Below, one piece after another: positions 60,989-64,000 of a stretch of 64,000 nucleotides of DNA (position 1 is the stretch's first letter; each line of letters opens with the position of its first letter). The notes under the pieces were generated by a model. It was not told the DNA's origin, did no database searches, and was given only the letters and a program-made list of their open reading frames with translations. Source of the stretch: Candidatus Moraniibacteriota bacterium (GTDB lineage Bacteria > Patescibacteriota > Minisyncoccia > Moranbacterales > GCA-2747515); the NCBI GenBank assembly GCA_046116545.1, contig CP175956.1:705734-769733 (forward strand), written 5' to 3'. Made by a program: the position numbers and the translations under genes.

Positions 60989-61726
60989 TTAAAATAAAAT
61001 TGACAATTTCATTGAAACTTCAATAGATTGTTTCTGATCCAACCAAACGCCATCTTTTGTATTAAAACAAGATGGTGATGTTAAGACTGGTTCTACACAA
61101 AAATACTCTTCTGCATCACCCCACAAATACAAACAAGTATCATAATCATATCCAGATAAAATCATCTTGATACGAAATTTACCGGTATCAATAATAATTT
61201 CATCGTTTGAATTAATTTTGACACACTTTGCCTTTGTAGAAACATCCACTACATGTTTTTCTCCGTTGATAAAAACATCTCTCTTGCCATCTGATTTAAA
61301 ATAAGGGTGAAAGGCAATATTTATTGGCATCTCCCCCTCACTAGACACTCTATATAACTTTAATCGAGTATCTAATATATCCTCATTGCGATGAGATGTC
61401 ACTTCGTGAGCAATATTTGCCACTAACCACCAAGGAAAACTCTTATATTCTCCTTTATATGATTTATGTGATGCAACTTTTGCCTGAGTCTCATGATTCC
61501 ATGTGGTTTCAAGATTTCGAAACCAACCATGCTGTGAAATATCTTCAAATCCCTCTGGCGATGAACCAAAAAATGGACAACAAATTGGAATACCTCCTCG
61601 CTGTTTCTCACCAATATACCGAAAAGGATAAATAATATCTTCACCCTCAAGTGACCATTTGGTCAGTGTTGCACCAACATCTGAAACATTAGCAATGCCT
61701 TCTCCTGCAGAAATTATAGCTTCCAT
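60989..61726 (-). CDS. Aldose 1-epimerase family protein
   Basis: RGGIPICCPFFG, QHGWFRN, AFHPYF, FCVEP. Confidence 0.88.
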   Translation of the reverse strand: MEAIISAGEGIANVSDVGATLTKWSLEGEDIIYPFRYIGEKQRGGIPICCPFFGSSPEGFEDISQHGWFRNLETTWNHETQAKVASHKSYKGEYKSFPWWLVANIAHEVTSHRNEDILDTRLKLYRVSSEGEMPINIAFHPYFKSDGKRDVFINGEKHVVDVSTKAKCVKINSNDEIIIDTGKFRIKMILSGYDYDTCLYLWGDAEEYFCVEPVLTSPSCFNTKDGVWLDQKQSIEVSMKLSILF

Positions 61727-61898
61727 TTCATCTCTCCTCTATTTTTTATGCAAAATGCATTTGTTATTAAACAACTTTAATTAACATACTATAATACATC
61801 AAAACATCCATATAGTCAATAGCTGCAACAAAAAACCGCCTCAACCTTTTTGGTATATTAGCGGTATATGTATTGACCATTAGATTTTTCTCTTGGCA

Positions 61899-62044
61899 AT
61901 GACATGTTGAAATTCTTTTTGCTCTTTCTCCACTATGCTTCTCGCACAATCTGTACACATACTAAAACATTCTTGCATAAAAATTTTCTCACAAGAAGGA
62001 CAAAGTACTTCCCTAATCTTTTTTGTCTCTCTAACAATTTGCAT
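61899..62044 (-). other. Possible small Cys-rich ORF (within 61880-62086)
   Basis: CPSC...C...CTDC; start uncertain. Confidence 0.35.
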
Positions 62045-62109
62045 AACATGCTCCATACAATATATTTTCCTGCGATAAAACAGCACACTTCTATCCCTGT
62101 TTTTTAATT

Positions 62110-62458
62110 TTAACAGTATATATACGCACCATCAGATTTTTCCCATGGCAGTGGTATATTATAATTCTTTTTGAACCATTTATATGTTTTGACTTTATCA
62201 CCACCATTACAGCGGTGTTCCAAAAAATCATGAACAAAATCAAAAACATCTCCACTATGACCACATCCAAAGCAATGAAATGTACATGTTCCTTTTATGA
62301 AATGGACATAATATTACAAAATCACCACGACCAGAAGAATATATATTTCTATGTTTCTTCCTAATCTTTAGCCCTAATTTTAATAATACTTGCCATCCAA
62401 CTTTTACTGCAATCTCCCTAAAGTATGAAGGAGGTGTTTCCATTTTATGAAAAGACAT
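62110..62458 (-). pseudogene. Frameshifted CHC2 zinc-finger (primase-type) protein
   Basis: AAGGAGG RBS, ...LCPFH then frame change to FHCFGCGHSGDVFDFV...IPLPWE. Confidence 0.65.
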
Positions 62459-62713
62459 GCTCAACCTCCTTTTTGATTTTAAATAACAAAAAATATCTCT
62501 TATCCTGACTCCAAACATTCAGAGCCAACCATACATCTATAACCCATACACCGAAGATCCTCAGTTCGTGGCATGGACAAGAGAAAAACTGACTCCTTCC
62601 GGCTATTTGTGCAATACGGTTACTATATATCATTAAGTTAGATATTTCAACTCTCTCAATAAAAAATATAAAAGGACATTTTCAGTATGCTGAAAATGTC
62701 CTCTAAGACAAAC

Positions 62714-63505
62714 TTATTGTTCAAGTATCCACCTGAAACAATATCCTAATCCAATTGTATGTTTATAATCTGAAACAAATAGCGACCTATTTTTTAATTC
62801 TTGAGATGCATTATTAACTGCAAGATGTATTACATCATGGTCATTTATGATATCCATATCAGAATCACCTATCATAAAAAATTGTGCATTTGGATACTTT
62901 TGCTTTAAAAATAAATATCCAGATGTTTTTGAAACAATTGCAATACTACTTATTGCAATTCCATATTTATGATTATAAACAAAATCACCTAATGCCTGCG
63001 GCTTGTCACATAGCAATAAAGAAGTTAAGCATTGTCCACTCCACTTCTCATCAATATACAACTTTCCTTCACCATCAGTTATCAGAAAAAACATTGAAAT
63101 TGACATTCGTCTAAATTTATCAATTAAAATAAATTTAGTATTAGGCTGTAATCCCTTGTGCTCTCTAACTAGTATTGGAGCGTCACATTCAAGAATGCAA
63201 CAATCAAATTTAGAAAACACTCTTTTCATCTCATGTATATACTGACTAATATCAATATCTTTATGTGTGAAATCAATATTATCAAAATACTTAATAACAG
63301 CTCCATTTTCACCAATCACAATATCACTACTAACTCCTATAGATTGCTCGAAAAAAGTAGCCAATCTTTCTACTGGAGTATCTGAATTTGGTACAATATA
63401 ACTTACCTCACTTAGTTTATTGGCAATATTGCAAATATCTCCTGTTGTTTCATATCGCTTATTTAAAACAACTCCATCCAAATCAACCATTGTAATTTTA
63501 TCCAT
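62714..63505 (-). CDS. HAD-superfamily (Cof/IIB-like) phosphatase
   Basis: VDLDGV, GENGA, SK, IGDSDMD, AVNNA. Confidence 0.85.
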   Translation of the reverse strand: MDKITMVDLDGVVLNKRYETTGDICNIANKLSEVSYIVPNSDTPVERLATFFEQSIGVSSDIVIGENGAVIKYFDNIDFTHKDIDISQYIHEMKRVFSKFDCCILECDAPILVREHKGLQPNTKFILIDKFRRMSISMFFLITDGEGKLYIDEKWSGQCLTSLLLCDKPQALGDFVYNHKYGIAISSIAIVSKTSGYLFLKQKYPNAQFFMIGDSDMDIINDHDVIHLAVNNASQELKNRSLFVSDYKHTIGLGYCFRWILEQ

Positions 63506-63545
63506 TTGTTCAGTCCTCTGTGCAAAGTTTAACGAACTATTTCTA

Positions 63546-64000
63546 CTAAATATACTTTTCTATTCTCTCTATATACACATCATAGCCATCTTTCATTTCA
63601 TCATAAAGCCATTTCCGTTTTTTTGATGTGCAATACTCACACTTACATGCGAGATAAACACTATACCAGAAAAACACTGTTAAGTCAATCAATTGCCTAT
63701 TTATTATTTTTCTATTTATATAACTTTCAATTTCTTGTTCAATCAATATTTTAGCATTCATCAATGAACTATCACTAAATAATTCTCTGTGTTCCATTTC
63801 TTTTCTTAGAATTGTGACATAATAACCAGCAAGATCCACACTTACATTTCCCATACAAAGAGATTTGTCCAAATAAGGCATTGCATTTCTAGGATCTATA
63901 AAACGAACTGGATTATCCTTTGTTAAGTTTATAATAATATTGCCAGCAGTTAAATCTTTATGTGCTAAGCTTCCAATTGCATTATTTATAAATATTTTTT
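63546..64000 (-). CDS. Aminoglycoside-phosphotransferase/kinase-like protein, C-terminal part (runs off window end)
   Basis: Frame open to window end: LAHKDLTAGNIII...VRFIDPR. Confidence 0.75.
   Translation of the reverse strand, partial: KIFINNAIGSLAHKDLTAGNIIINLTKDNPVRFIDPRNAMPYLDKSLCMGNVSVDLAGYYVTILRKEMEHRELFSDSSLMNAKILIEQEIESYINRKIINRQLIDLTVFFWYSVYLACKCEYCTSKKRKWLYDEMKDGYDVYIERIEKYI

Noticed and set aside
62583-62606. CCGGAAGGAGTCAG (minus strand) resembles SRP RNA domain IV
   Set aside because: Lacks the upstream CAGG and the long flanking helix
1-64000. CRISPR array, integron, prophage, DGR or retron
   Set aside because: No regularly spaced repeats, attC-type sites, integrase, structural phage genes or reverse transcriptase seen

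Overview
AT-rich bacterial chromosomal window, most genes on the minus strand. Gene content and style (AU-rich leaders without Shine-Dalgarno on core genes, many orphan lipoproteins, an aminoacyl-tRNA synthetase with inserted domains) suggest a Patescibacteria/CPR genome; this is inference. Core genes include tyrS (partial), ppaC, secF, secD, secA, dxr, tsaC, leuS, rlmN, ispE, ispF, ispD and cls, interspersed with orphan genes and four families of intergenic palindromic repeats. No rRNA, intact tRNA, CRISPR array, integrase or transposase was recognised. The most striking unexplained signals are two stand-alone units on the + strand, each bounded by a promoter and a terminator, with no credible protein gene but extensive long-range pairing: about 1 kb at 695-1712 and about 400 nt at 29773-30172. 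Both look like large structured ncRNAs that I cannot assign to a known class. Other oddities: a 1346-aa LeuRS with two alpha/beta-hydrolases and a NUDIX domain inserted, a SecD with an inserted parvulin, pacifastin-like Cys modules on lipoproteins, and a leader peptide plus attenuator ahead of an ATP-grasp-like gene. All family assignments come from motifs recognised by eye; no searches were run.
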